Shown in pieces: positions 8,464 to 17,022 of a stretch of 20,975 nt of DNA. Made by a program: the position numbers and the translations under genes. The DNA lies in the NCBI GenBank assembly GCA_046581755.1, contig JAYGFR010000310.1, forward strand, positions 1 through 20,975, read 5' to 3'. A model generated the notes under the pieces. The model had not been told where the DNA came from. It made no database searches and worked only from the letters and a program-made list of their open reading frames with translations. This stretch comes from Nitrospinota bacterium (GTDB lineage Bacteria; UBA8248). Each line of letters starts with the position of its first letter. The first letter of the stretch is position 1.

Positions 8464-9459
8464 ATGACAATCGCATCGGCTATCCCCTCCACCGGTCATG
8501 GCTCCGCGGATTTGCACTTTGGCCAGCGCATCCGCCAGGACGCTGTCCGCCTCGACAGGACATCCCTGACCACGCTCCAGATCAATGTCGGAAAATTTTG
8601 CAACCAGACCTGCGAGCATTGTCACGTCGGCGCGGGCCCCCACCGCAAGGAGATCATGACCGGAGAGACCGCCGGGCGGGTTATCGAGTGGCTCGCGGCC
8701 TCCCGGGTCCCGGCGGTGGACATCACCGGGGGTGCCCCCGAACTCAACCCCAGCTTCCGGAGGATTGTCGAATCCTCCCGCGCGCTCGGGCGGCGTGTTA
8801 TGGTGCGCAACAATCTCACTGTCATTTTCGAGCCGGGAATGGGGTGGCTCCCCGAATTTTTCCGGGACCAGGGCGTCGAACTCATCTGCTCGCTCCCCTG
8901 CTACCTCGAGGAAAACGTCGATACCCAGCGCGGGGAGGGCGTCTACGAGAAGAGCATTCGCGCCCTGAAGATGCTCAACGGCGCCGGGTTCGGCCCGCCG
9001 GGGGAGCTCGTTCTCAATCTGGTCTACAACCCGGTGGGCGCTCACCTTCCGCCTCCCCAGAAGGCGCTCGAGGAGGACTACCGGCACGAACTCGGCGAGC
9101 GCCACGGCATTCGCTTCAACGAACTTTTCACCATCACCAACATGCCCATCTCCCGCTACGCCAGTTATCTCAAGGTGATCGGCAAGATGGATTCCTACAT
9201 GAACCTCCTACGGTCTTCATACAACCCGGAAACGCTTCCCGGCCTGATGTGCCGGAACCTCATCAGCGTAGGCTGGGATGGAACCATCTACGACTGCGAT
9301 TTCAATCAGATGCTCGACATGGCGGTCGGAAACGGCAGGCCTCTCAAGCTCTGGGAGGCAGCCCCCGAAGATTTGATCGGCCGAGACATCGCCACCGGGG
9401 ACCATTGCTACGGGTGCACGGCGGGCACCGGATCCTCTTGCGGCGGGGCGCTGGTGTAA
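8464..9459 (+). CDS. arsS: Radical SAM / Cys-rich C-terminal protein, arsenosugar biosynthesis ArsS family (DUF3641)
   Basis: LQINVGKFCNQTCEHCHV (CxxxCxxC), DITGGAPELNP, SLPCY, LVYNP, TITNMPI, LMCR, YDCDFNQML, C-terminal HCYGCTAGTGSSCGGAL. Start placed at ATG 8464. Confidence 0.88.
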   Translation: MTIASAIPSTGHGSADLHFGQRIRQDAVRLDRTSLTTLQINVGKFCNQTCEHCHVGAGPHRKEIMTGETAGRVIEWLAASRVPAVDITGGAPELNPSFRRIVESSRALGRRVMVRNNLTVIFEPGMGWLPEFFRDQGVELICSLPCYLEENVDTQRGEGVYEKSIRALKMLNGAGFGPPGELVLNLVYNPVGAHLPPPQKALEEDYRHELGERHGIRFNELFTITNMPISRYASYLKVIGKMDSYMNLLRSSYNPETLPGLMCRNLISVGWDGTIYDCDFNQMLDMAVGNGRPLKLWEAAPEDLIGRDIATGDHCYGCTAGTGSSCGGALV

Positions 9460-9593
9460 AGGCCAAAGGCTGCTTTCTCCCGCGCGCCCTTCGATCCCCC
9501 GCCCCGAAGAGGCGGCACGAGCATGGGCCCTTGTCCCGATTTTCCGGGTCCGGAAAATACGAATCTTTTCAGGATAAAATTTTACAATAACGA

Positions 9594-9623
9594 TTGAACG
9601 AACCGGTAAGACCGGGATACTAT
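9594..9623 (+). promoter_or_regulatory. Putative sigma70-type promoter for cheX
   Basis: TTGAAC-N18-TACTAT in an AT-richer intergenic region about 90 nt upstream of the ATG. Confidence 0.3.
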
Positions 9624-9711
9624 CCTTGGGGCCTGCTGCATCATCTCCAGCGGGTTGTATTTTTTTGAAAAGTGAACAGGACACACCGTCTTTTCCGAAA
9701 GGCGGTCAAAC

Positions 9712-10170
9712 ATGAAAGCGAAATTCATCAATCCTTTCCTCCGGGCGACGGTGAAAGTGCTGAGCACCATGGCTAACATCACCCCCAAGGCGGGCAAGCC
9801 CGGTATCAAGAAAGGCGACATCGCGCAGGGCGGCATCACCGGACTCACGGGACATTCGGAAGGATCGATGTCTGTCACTTTTTCAAAGGAATGCGCACTG
9901 GCGGTGGTGAATAATATGATTGGAGAGAATTTCACGGAAATGAACGCCGATGTCGCCGATGCAGTCGGAGAGTTGACCAACATGATCTCCGGCGACGCGC
10001 GCTCCCAGCTCCAGAAAATCGGCTATAGCTTCTCGGCGGCGACCCCCACCATCATCCGGGGAGAGAACCACTCGATAAAGCATATTTCCACCGGAGGGCC
10101 GATCGTTTCTATACCTTTTTCGACCGAAAACGGAAAATTTTGGATGGAGGCCTGCTTCGACCCACCCTAG
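9712..10170 (+). CDS. cheX: Chemotaxis phosphatase CheX family protein
   Basis: MKAKFINPFL start, GLTG...GSMSVTFS, catalytic E-x2-N motif in DAVGELTNMISG, PTIIRG, IPFSTENG; 152 aa. Confidence 0.9.
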   Translation: MKAKFINPFLRATVKVLSTMANITPKAGKPGIKKGDIAQGGITGLTGHSEGSMSVTFSKECALAVVNNMIGENFTEMNADVADAVGELTNMISGDARSQLQKIGYSFSAATPTIIRGENHSIKHISTGGPIVSIPFSTENGKFWMEACFDPP

Positions 10171-10254
10171 TGCACTGCCCGTCTTCGCCGGCGTACTCTT
10201 CCGGACAGCGCTCGCCGGGCATGCTATGAACAAACCCCGCTCCGTATTTACTTA

Positions 10255-10683
10255 TTGGACGGACAACTATTGGCGAACATTCTAATTGCATCCAAGGACG
10301 AAACGCTACGCGACCTCCTTGAACTGTCCCTGCAGCGCTTCGAGCATTTCGTGCGGCTCGCCGAAGACGGCGAGACCTCGTTCAAGATGGTTCAGGAGGA
10401 TTTTTTCGACCTGGCGCTTTTCGAGTACGAGATGCCGAACACGACGGCGCTCGAAATTCTCAAGCGTCTGAAGCAGTCCTACAAAACCGTCCCGCTCATC
10501 ATAATCGTCGTGACGGATTTTTCACCGGAAATTCACAAGGAATGCGTCGCCGCCGGCGCCAAGGATTTCGTCGTCAAGCCCTTTATCCTCCCGGACCTGA
10601 TCCTGCGGATCGAAAAAATGCTGAAGGCCGCGAATCTGGTCTATCGGGCCACCCGCTATCGCCAAATGGAACCGTGGGCATGA
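10255..10683 (+). CDS. Single-domain response-regulator receiver, atypical (aspartate-less)
   Basis: Receiver fold motifs ILIASKDE, AEDG, FDLALFEYEMP, PLIIIVVT, AGAKDFVVKPF. The phosphoacceptor position holds Glu. TTG start at 10255 or 10270. Confidence 0.82.
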   Translation: MDGQLLANILIASKDETLRDLLELSLQRFEHFVRLAEDGETSFKMVQEDFFDLALFEYEMPNTTALEILKRLKQSYKTVPLIIIVVTDFSPEIHKECVAAGAKDFVVKPFILPDLILRIEKMLKAANLVYRATRYRQMEPWA

Positions 10684-11942
10684 TCGATTCCTCTATCTTC
10701 AACATCGCCGCCGTCGTCCTCACCCTCGCCTCGGCGTTCGGTTACCTCAATCACCGGTGGCTCAAGCTGCCCCAAACCATCGGCCTGGTCGTCATCGCGT
10801 TGCTCGCCTCGCTCGGCGTCATCGCCCTGGACGCGCTGGTCCCCCAGGCCCACTTTCAGGAGACTGTGCGCTCCCTGCTCTCGCGGATCGATTTTCACGA
10901 GGCGCTGATGAAAGGGATGCTGAGCTTTCTGCTCTTCGCCGGAGCGCTCCACGTCAACCTCAACGACCTCATCGGCCAGCGCTGGGCAATCATCTCGATG
11001 GCCACCGTGGGCCTTCTGCTTTCCACTTTTCTGGTCGGGATCTCGGTCTACTTCGCGGCGGGCGCGCTGGGAATCGGCATCCCGCTGCCCTATTGCCTCG
11101 TGTTCGGCTCGCTGATCTCGCCGACTGACCCGGTAGCCGTGCTCGGCATCCTCAAGACCGTCAAGGTCCCCAAATCCCTCGAAGCCATGATCGCGGGCGA
11201 GAGCCTCTTCAACGACGGCGTGGGCGTGGTGGTGTTCACCATCCTGGCCACCCTCGTGGCAGGCGCGGGGGGAGACGGCGGAAGCGCCCTCACCGCCGGC
11301 GGCGTCGCCAAGCTCTTCGCCTCCGAAGCCATCGGCGGGACGGCCCTCGGGCTGGCAACCGGCGCCCTCGCCTACCGGGCGATGAAATCCATCGACGAGC
11401 ATAACCTCGAAGTTCTGATCACCCTCGCCCTCGTCATGATGACCTACACGGCCGCCTCCGCCCTCCACGTATCGGGCCCCATCGCCGTCGTCGTCGCCGG
11501 CCTGCTCATCGGCAACCACGGCAAACAGTTCGCCATGAGCGAGAACACGCGCGACCATATCCAGAAATTCTGGTCCCTCACCGACGAGATCCTGAACGCG
11601 GCCCTCTTCCTCATCATCGGCTTCGAGGTCATCGCCATATCGTTCACGGGCGCCATCGCCTGGCTCATGGTTCTTGCGGTGCCGATCGTTCTCGCCTCGC
11701 GCTTCATCAGCGTGGCGGCCCCGCTCAGCCTCCTCGGCCTGCGCCGCAGCTACGCGCGCGGGGCGATCCCCGTCCTCACCTGGGGCGGCCTGCGCGGGGG
11801 CATCTCGGTCGCCCTGGCGCTCTCGCTGCCCGACGTGCCCTTCAAGAGCACCATCCTCGCCATCACCTACGGCGTCGTGATCTTCTCCATCATCGTCCAG
11901 GGCCTCACCGTCGAGCGCCTCGTCCGCGCTCGGACCGGGTGA
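10680..11942 (+). CDS. nhaP: Na+(K+)/H+ antiporter, CPA1/NhaP family
   Basis: Start reassigned to ATG 10680 (ATGA overlap with the receiver stop). Motifs SFLLFAGAL, FGSLISPTDPVAV, IAGESLFNDGVGVV, LHVSGPIA, TWGGLRGGISVALALSLP, SIIVQGLT. Confidence 0.92.
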   Translation: MIDSSIFNIAAVVLTLASAFGYLNHRWLKLPQTIGLVVIALLASLGVIALDALVPQAHFQETVRSLLSRIDFHEALMKGMLSFLLFAGALHVNLNDLIGQRWAIISMATVGLLLSTFLVGISVYFAAGALGIGIPLPYCLVFGSLISPTDPVAVLGILKTVKVPKSLEAMIAGESLFNDGVGVVVFTILATLVAGAGGDGGSALTAGGVAKLFASEAIGGTALGLATGALAYRAMKSIDEHNLEVLITLALVMMTYTAASALHVSGPIAVVVAGLLIGNHGKQFAMSENTRDHIQKFWSLTDEILNAALFLIIGFEVIAISFTGAIAWLMVLAVPIVLASRFISVAAPLSLLGLRRSYARGAIPVLTWGGLRGGISVALALSLPDVPFKSTILAITYGVVIFSIIVQGLTVERLVRARTG

Positions 11943-12132
11943 ACCGCCGGTCCAAGGAATGAAAAGCTGGCTGAATCCCCTGTCCAGGAATAAAAAAACG
12001 GGCGAACCGCCCGGCGGATTGTGCGCAGGTGCTTTATTCAGATCAAAGCGTGGATTGATTCAGTGGATGATCTGGGGTTTTGGGGATACGGAAAACCGGT
12101 GAAAACCCGCCGGTTCGGGCGCGGCGCGGAGC

Positions 12133-12489
12133 TTATCTCCCCAGCCTTTTCGGAGGAGTTCTTTTCTTCGTCCTGAAATCGTTGATGGCCTTCTCGAGCC
12201 GGCCTTCGAGCTCCGGATTGCCGCCCCGCCGCTGTATCTCCTTGAGCACCAAATCGGCGACATTGCTCATGTCGCGCTGGCTGGGGTTTTTGGCGGGCGG
12301 ATTGATCCTGCGGATGCGGGCGAGGAGGCGGGCCTGCCGCTCCGGGGCAAAAAGCGCCTCCTCGACGAGCTTGGCGAGCATCACCGAGGGCGAGAGGCCG
12401 TCCATCTTGGCGTGGGCGACGAGCAGTTTGGCCGAATCCGTCGAGAGACGGGTGGTGAAGGTGTTGATCCTTCTCGGGTTGATGGACAT
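12133..12489 (-). CDS. Hypothetical protein with ribbon-helix-helix (CopG/Arc-like) N-terminus
   Basis: ATG at 12489 after GGAG. INTFTTRLSTDSAKLLVAHAKMDGLSPSVMLAKLVEEAL fits the beta-strand, helix, G-x-S, helix RHH pattern; basic C-terminal part. Confidence 0.55.
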   Translation of the reverse strand: MSINPRRINTFTTRLSTDSAKLLVAHAKMDGLSPSVMLAKLVEEALFAPERQARLLARIRRINPPAKNPSQRDMSNVADLVLKEIQRRGGNPELEGRLEKAINDFRTKKRTPPKRLGR

Positions 12490-12612
12490 TCGCGGGCTCC
12501 GGCCGGGATAAAAAAACGCCACATGAAGTGAGTAGCGAAACCGTGGCCTTTTGGCAACCGGGGCGGGATCGCTGGAGGAAAAGGCGAGTGAAACCCTGGA
12601 GAGCTCGCGCCG

Positions 12613-14262
12613 CTAGGCGGAGGCGCTGGCGGGCCGAAAAAGCCGGTAAAGCATGAAAAGGCCAAGGACGGCGAAGGCGAGGCCGGCGAGCTTGAGGACC
12701 CCGGGCGATATCCAGAAGGGAATCGAGATGGCGACGGCGCTCGCCGGCAGGAAGAAGGCCGTCCAGGCCTGCTCGCGGAACCGCTGCCAGAAGGGGAAAA
12801 CCAGCGAGATCAGGGCGAGGATGACGAAGAACAGCGAGATCGGCCGCGTGAAGAAGAGCAGCGGATTGGCGTCGGTCATGTAGGAGCGGTTCAGGTTCAC
12901 CTCGGCGAGATCGCCCAGGATAACGCCAAGGATCATCGGCGCCAGCGGGAAGCTGAATTTCTTCATCAGGTAGCCCAGCACCCCGAACCAGAAGAGCGTC
13001 CAAATGTCGAATGTGATGTTGTGCAGCGCGAAAACGCCGGTGGCACAGAAAAAAAGAACCGTCGAGGCGAGGACGTATTTGGGCAAATGCGCCACCTTGA
13101 GAAATACCCGCATCCCGATTGCCTGGAGAAGAATCATGACGAAATGCGCCAGAAAAAAGGCGACAAAGATGCCGTAGACGAGGACGGGTTCCTCGGCGAT
13201 GAACGTCGGGCTCGGGACGACGTTGTGAATCAGCAGCGCCCCCAGCATGACGGCCACCGAGATGTCGCCCGGAATGCCGAGGGCGATCATGGTGATGAGC
13301 GCCCCGCCGGCGGTGCCGTTGTTGGCGGCTTCGGCAGCGATGATGCCGTCGGGGATTCCGGTGCCATATTTTTCGGGATGCTTGGAGGCTTTCTTGGCCT
13401 GATCGTAGCTCAGGATGTTCGAGATGCTCCCTCCCGCCGCCGGCAGCGCCCCGACGAAAACGCCGATTAAGGCCGAGCGGATGAGGTTGACGGGCTGGCT
13501 CCAGATGGTCCGGATAGCGCCCCAGTGCTCGAGCTTGACGGCTTCGGCGTCCACGTCCAAGAGGGAGGCCTGCGCCTTCTCCCCGCCCTCCACGTCGGTC
13601 ATGAGCTGGGCGAAGGCGAACAGCCCGATCAAGACGGGCAGGAAACCGAAGCCCTGCTTGAGCGCATCGATCCCGAAATCGAAGCGGGAGATTCCGGTGA
13701 TGTCGTCGTCGCCGATAGTGGCGATGAGGAGGCCCATCAACCCGGCAATCCCGCCCTTGAGCATGGAATCGCCCGAGAGGCTGGCGATGATGGTCAGCGC
13801 GAAGATGATGAGGGAGAAAAACTCCCAGGGGCCGAACTTGAGGCCGAACAGGGCGATGGGCGGGGCGAACAGGACGAGGAGCACCGCCCCGATGAGGCCC
13901 CCGAAGAACGAGGACCAGATCCCCACCCCGAGCGCGAGGCCCGGCTTTCCCTGCCGCGCCATCGGGAAGCCGTCGAAAGTGGTCGCCACCGACGAAGGAG
14001 TTCCGGGGATTCCCAAAAGGGTGCCCGATATGAGGCCGCCCGAGTAGCCGCCGACGAAGACGCCCATCATCGTCGCCGAGCCCTGGAGCGGGGTCATTCC
14101 GAAGGTGAAGGGGAGCGTCAGGATGACCGCCATGGCGATTGTGAAGCCGGGTATGGCGCCCGCGACGATGCCCGCGAACGTACCCACAAAGATGAGGAGC
14201 ACCGTCTTGATTTGAAAGACGGCGGCGAAGGCCAGGCCCAGGTTTTCGAGAACCATCCCCAC
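12613..14262 (-). CDS. tctA: Tripartite tricarboxylate transporter large permease TctA
   Basis: GTFAGIVAGAIPG, LLGIPGTPSSVATTFDGFPMARQG, GLFAFAQ, AAEAANNGTAGGALI, LGIPGD, FPLAPMILGVILG. GTG 14262 or ATG 14256 start. Confidence 0.93.
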   Translation of the reverse strand: MGMVLENLGLAFAAVFQIKTVLLIFVGTFAGIVAGAIPGFTIAMAVILTLPFTFGMTPLQGSATMMGVFVGGYSGGLISGTLLGIPGTPSSVATTFDGFPMARQGKPGLALGVGIWSSFFGGLIGAVLLVLFAPPIALFGLKFGPWEFFSLIIFALTIIASLSGDSMLKGGIAGLMGLLIATIGDDDITGISRFDFGIDALKQGFGFLPVLIGLFAFAQLMTDVEGGEKAQASLLDVDAEAVKLEHWGAIRTIWSQPVNLIRSALIGVFVGALPAAGGSISNILSYDQAKKASKHPEKYGTGIPDGIIAAEAANNGTAGGALITMIALGIPGDISVAVMLGALLIHNVVPSPTFIAEEPVLVYGIFVAFFLAHFVMILLQAIGMRVFLKVAHLPKYVLASTVLFFCATGVFALHNITFDIWTLFWFGVLGYLMKKFSFPLAPMILGVILGDLAEVNLNRSYMTDANPLLFFTRPISLFFVILALISLVFPFWQRFREQAWTAFFLPASAVAISIPFWISPGVLKLAGLAFAVLGLFMLYRLFRPASASA

Positions 14263-14292
14263 TCCCTCACAGCGGCGCGAACCAGCGCCGCG

Positions 14293-14775
14293 CTACATCA
14301 AACCGATTTCGCCCTCGGGCAAAAGCACAAGAAGAATCACACGAAAAATGAAATACAGCGCGGCCAGTACGCCGATCGTCACGGCCAGGAACTGGGGCAC
14401 CTTCCCCCAGCCCTTGGGCCCCAGCGCCAGCTGCGCCAGCAGGAGAAAAGCAAACCCCGAGACCATATAGCCCGCCCAGGGCAGCGCCAAAGCGAACAGG
14501 AAAAAGAGCACGTAAACCGCGAGGACGTTCTGGTAGTCGTGGAACCACTCGGCGAAGGGGCGTAGCGGCTCCGGCCTCGACCGGAGGTCGTGGATCAGAC
14601 CTTTCCCGAAAAGCGCGGCACAGAGCGGAAACAGCGCAATGAGAAGAACGCGCGGGAAGAGCGCCGGCCCCATCGTCCCGTAGGGTGCCGAAGGCAATCC
14701 GATCGTCATTATGAACAGAGTCGTGACTAAGACCACCAGAATGGCGCCAATCACCGTATCCGCTTGAAAACGCAT
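14293..14775 (-). CDS. tctB: Tripartite tricarboxylate transporter small permease TctB
   Basis: ATG at 14775 after GGAG; 4-5 TM segments, MGPALFP and C-terminal YFIFRVILLVLLPEG; lies between tctC and tctA. Confidence 0.88.
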   Translation of the reverse strand: MRFQADTVIGAILVVLVTTLFIMTIGLPSAPYGTMGPALFPRVLLIALFPLCAALFGKGLIHDLRSRPEPLRPFAEWFHDYQNVLAVYVLFFLFALALPWAGYMVSGFAFLLLAQLALGPKGWGKVPQFLAVTIGVLAALYFIFRVILLVLLPEGEIGLM

Positions 14776-14823
14776 AAATCTCCCCACGTATCAGGAGAAA
14801 AATCAAATTTCACTTGAAAGCGA

Positions 14824-14855
14824 GGGAGCGGCGACCCCCCCGGACCGCCGCTCCC
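14824..14855 (-). other. Intercistronic GC-rich stem-loop after tctC
   Basis: GGGAGCGGCG-N12-CGCCGCTCCC perfect 10-bp inverted repeat 15 nt after the tctC stop; typical of mRNA-stabilising or attenuating hairpins after binding-protein genes. Confidence 0.65.
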
Positions 14856-14870
14856 GTATAGGCTTTGTGT

Positions 14871-15863
14871 TTAATTCTTGCGTTTGTACAGGCCAACCTT
14901 TTTGGCCGCCGCCGTGATAATCCTCTGGCTTTCCTTCAGATAGACCCGGTACGCTTTCCGGCCCTTGAATTGAACGTTGACCCCTTTTCCCTGCTCAAGG
15001 TCTTTTTTGACCTTCGGATCGTTCATGGTTTTCCGGAAGGCTTCCTCAAACAACGCCTGAATTTCATCCGACGTACCCTTCGGGAGAAAGACGCCCCGGT
15101 TCACGCCAGAGACGACATCGATGCCCTGCTCTCTCAGGGTGGGAATGTTCGGAAGCCGGGGGTCGCGCTTTGGCAGGGCGATGCCGAGTGCTCGGATTGA
15201 TCCCCCCTTGATGTGCTTCCCGTTGGCCGAGAGGTTGATTTCCATCAGTTGGATATGGCCGCCGAGAAGCGCCGTGGTGCGCTGGCGCGTACCGTCATAC
15301 CCCACGTATTTGAATTTCCCGCCCGTGGCCGACTCGATCATCACCGGGAAAAAGTGACTCGTAGAACCGAGCGTCGCGCCGAAGAGCGCCTTGTTCGGGC
15401 TTTTCTTGATGTAGGCGATCAATTCCTTGGCGCTCTTCCACGGCGCTTTCTGGGGATGGGCGCCAAGGATGGAAGGTGTGTGGGTGACGAGCACTACGGG
15501 CTCAAACGCGAAATAAGAAAAATTCACCCGGCCCTGCACATAAGAGGTGTGCATCGAGTCGTGGCCCGCAAATATTGTGCACCCGTTGGGCTTGGCAGCC
15601 TTGGCCACCTTGGCGCCTTTGTTGCCGCCCTGGCCGCTGATGTTTTGGATGATGATGTCCTTGCCGAGGTACCCCTGCGCCGCGCGCGCGACGATGCGGA
15701 AAATGACGCCGGTGCCGCCTCCCGCCCCCCAGGGAACGATGAGCTTGACCGCCCGACAGGGCAAATCGCCCGGGCCGACCGCTAAGGCCCGCGGGGCCGG
15801 TGCCGCTAGAAGACCCGCGAACAGGGCCAGGGCCGATGCCGTGGAAATCCACTTCGTTTTCAT
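14871..15863 (-). CDS. tctC: Tripartite tricarboxylate transporter substrate-binding protein (TctC/Bug family)
   Basis: Signal peptide, VKLIVPWGAGGGTG, NISGQGG, AKPNGCTI, RALGI, LPNIPTLREQG, RGVFLPKGT; GGAGG RBS. Confidence 0.92.
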   Translation of the reverse strand: MKTKWISTASALALFAGLLAAPAPRALAVGPGDLPCRAVKLIVPWGAGGGTGVIFRIVARAAQGYLGKDIIIQNISGQGGNKGAKVAKAAKPNGCTIFAGHDSMHTSYVQGRVNFSYFAFEPVVLVTHTPSILGAHPQKAPWKSAKELIAYIKKSPNKALFGATLGSTSHFFPVMIESATGGKFKYVGYDGTRQRTTALLGGHIQLMEINLSANGKHIKGGSIRALGIALPKRDPRLPNIPTLREQGIDVVSGVNRGVFLPKGTSDEIQALFEEAFRKTMNDPKVKKDLEQGKGVNVQFKGRKAYRVYLKESQRIITAAAKKVGLYKRKN

Positions 15864-16013
15864 TGTCCGTCCTCCGCTGTGAGTGGGCGGCGAATATTCC
15901 GCGCCCGCTGGTGACTTTCATCTTCACCCGGAGCGGGCGAAAAAAGAGTGCCGCCGTAACCTTCCCAGCGACCCGGGATCGCCGCCCCTTCATGAAATTG
16001 GTACGGTAGTGTG

Positions 16014-16042
16014 AATATATGGGCTGCGCCGGGGTTCGTCAA
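16014..16042 (-). promoter_or_regulatory. Putative sigma70 promoter for tctCBA
   Basis: Minus strand TTGACG-N17-TATATT, about 150 nt upstream of tctC; the -35 overlaps the palindrome GTCAA-A-TTGAC (16038-16048). Confidence 0.6.
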
Positions 16043-16116
16043 ATTGACTCAAACGGAGGTTCGGCCGACAGGGGCGGGCCGGGGAGGCAGGAATTTTCTT
16101 CTCATCCATCCTCTCC

Positions 16117-16995
16117 TCACTTTCCCCAAACGATGGCCCAGGCGCCCGCCGCCGAGAGCAGCCCGCCCAGGACCACACGGGAGTTGACCGCCTCCTGCTT
16201 CCGGAAAAAGAGCCACGAGAACAGGATGGCCAGGAGAACGGAAAGGCGGTTGACGGGGATCACCTCGACGATCTTTCCTTGGTGGACGGCGGTCCAGAAC
16301 AAGAGCGCGGCGGCGGCGTTGAAGACGGCCCCCACCGAGATCAGGAGCAGCGGCCGGCGCTCCCAGAACCTGGGATTGCTTTCATCCGAATAGAGAAGGA
16401 TGGCGAACAGGGAAAGTGTGGCGATCGTGTTCGAAATGCTCATTCCGAGCGGAGCGGAGGCAATCCAGGCGAATCCGAACTTGCGGAACAGATGAGAAAA
16501 ACCCTGGAACCCGGCCGCCGCCAGCGGAATGAGGTAGTAGAAAAACGGAATATTCTGGGACTCTCCTTCTCTCCGGTGGACGAGCAGGATGGAGCCGAAC
16601 ATGATCCCCGCCGAACCGGCGATCACCGGCAGGGTGGGGTTCTCCCCCAGAAACACGATGGCCAGCAGCGACGACCAGAGGAGGCTCGTTTGCATTAGGA
16701 CCGAGGTGCGCGCCAGCCCCACCGTTTTCATCGCATAAAAACTCATGTAGCGCCCGGCCAAGCCGCCGAGCAGCCCCACCACCACGAACCAGGCCATGCC
16801 GCGCAGGGGCCATTCGTCCACCCTTTCCGAAAAGAAATAAAACGCCCAGGCAAAATGGAGGGTGATCGCGCTCGAGGCCAGGGCCGTCACGCCAGCCCCG
16901 AGGCGGAGGAGTGCGCCCCGGTACATCGCCCGCGCCACCGCGATGCAGGCGGCGGCCAACAGCGCCAGTAAATTCGGATCCACTGATTTGAGCAA
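16117..16995 (-). CDS. DMT superfamily (EamA) transporter, intact paralogue
   Basis: 292 aa, about 10 TMs, GRYMSFYAMKTVGLAR, IVFLGENPT, VIPVNRLSVL, FFRKQEAV; TTG start. Confidence 0.85.
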   Translation of the reverse strand: MLKSVDPNLLALLAAACIAVARAMYRGALLRLGAGVTALASSAITLHFAWAFYFFSERVDEWPLRGMAWFVVVGLLGGLAGRYMSFYAMKTVGLARTSVLMQTSLLWSSLLAIVFLGENPTLPVIAGSAGIMFGSILLVHRREGESQNIPFFYYLIPLAAAGFQGFSHLFRKFGFAWIASAPLGMSISNTIATLSLFAILLYSDESNPRFWERRPLLLISVGAVFNAAAALLFWTAVHQGKIVEVIPVNRLSVLLAILFSWLFFRKQEAVNSRVVLGGLLSAAGAWAIVWGK

Positions 16996-17022
16996 AATCC
17001 GCTACCTTTGAAAGAGCGGCCG

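Noticed and set aside
7816..9105. 429-aa minus-strand ORF
   Set aside because: Antisense shadow of the Rho-N-like and arsS genes; no recognisable motifs.
9400..9459. Possible selenocysteine in the radical SAM C-terminus
   Set aside because: The SSCGG position is encoded by TGC (Cys) and the gene ends at TAA; no in-frame TGA.
10542..10679. Arg-rich N-terminal extension of the antiporter ORF
   Set aside because: Overlaps the receiver gene in another frame; the ATGA-coupled start at 10680 fits NhaP length.
13525..14565. 346-aa plus-strand ORF, and similarly 18643..19737 and 19914..20897 on the minus strand
   Set aside because: Antisense shadows of tctA/tctB, the M24 gene and the cyclase gene.
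15940..15990. GGGAAGG in the tctC leader as part of a cobalamin riboswitch
   Set aside because: The other conserved elements of that riboswitch are not evident.
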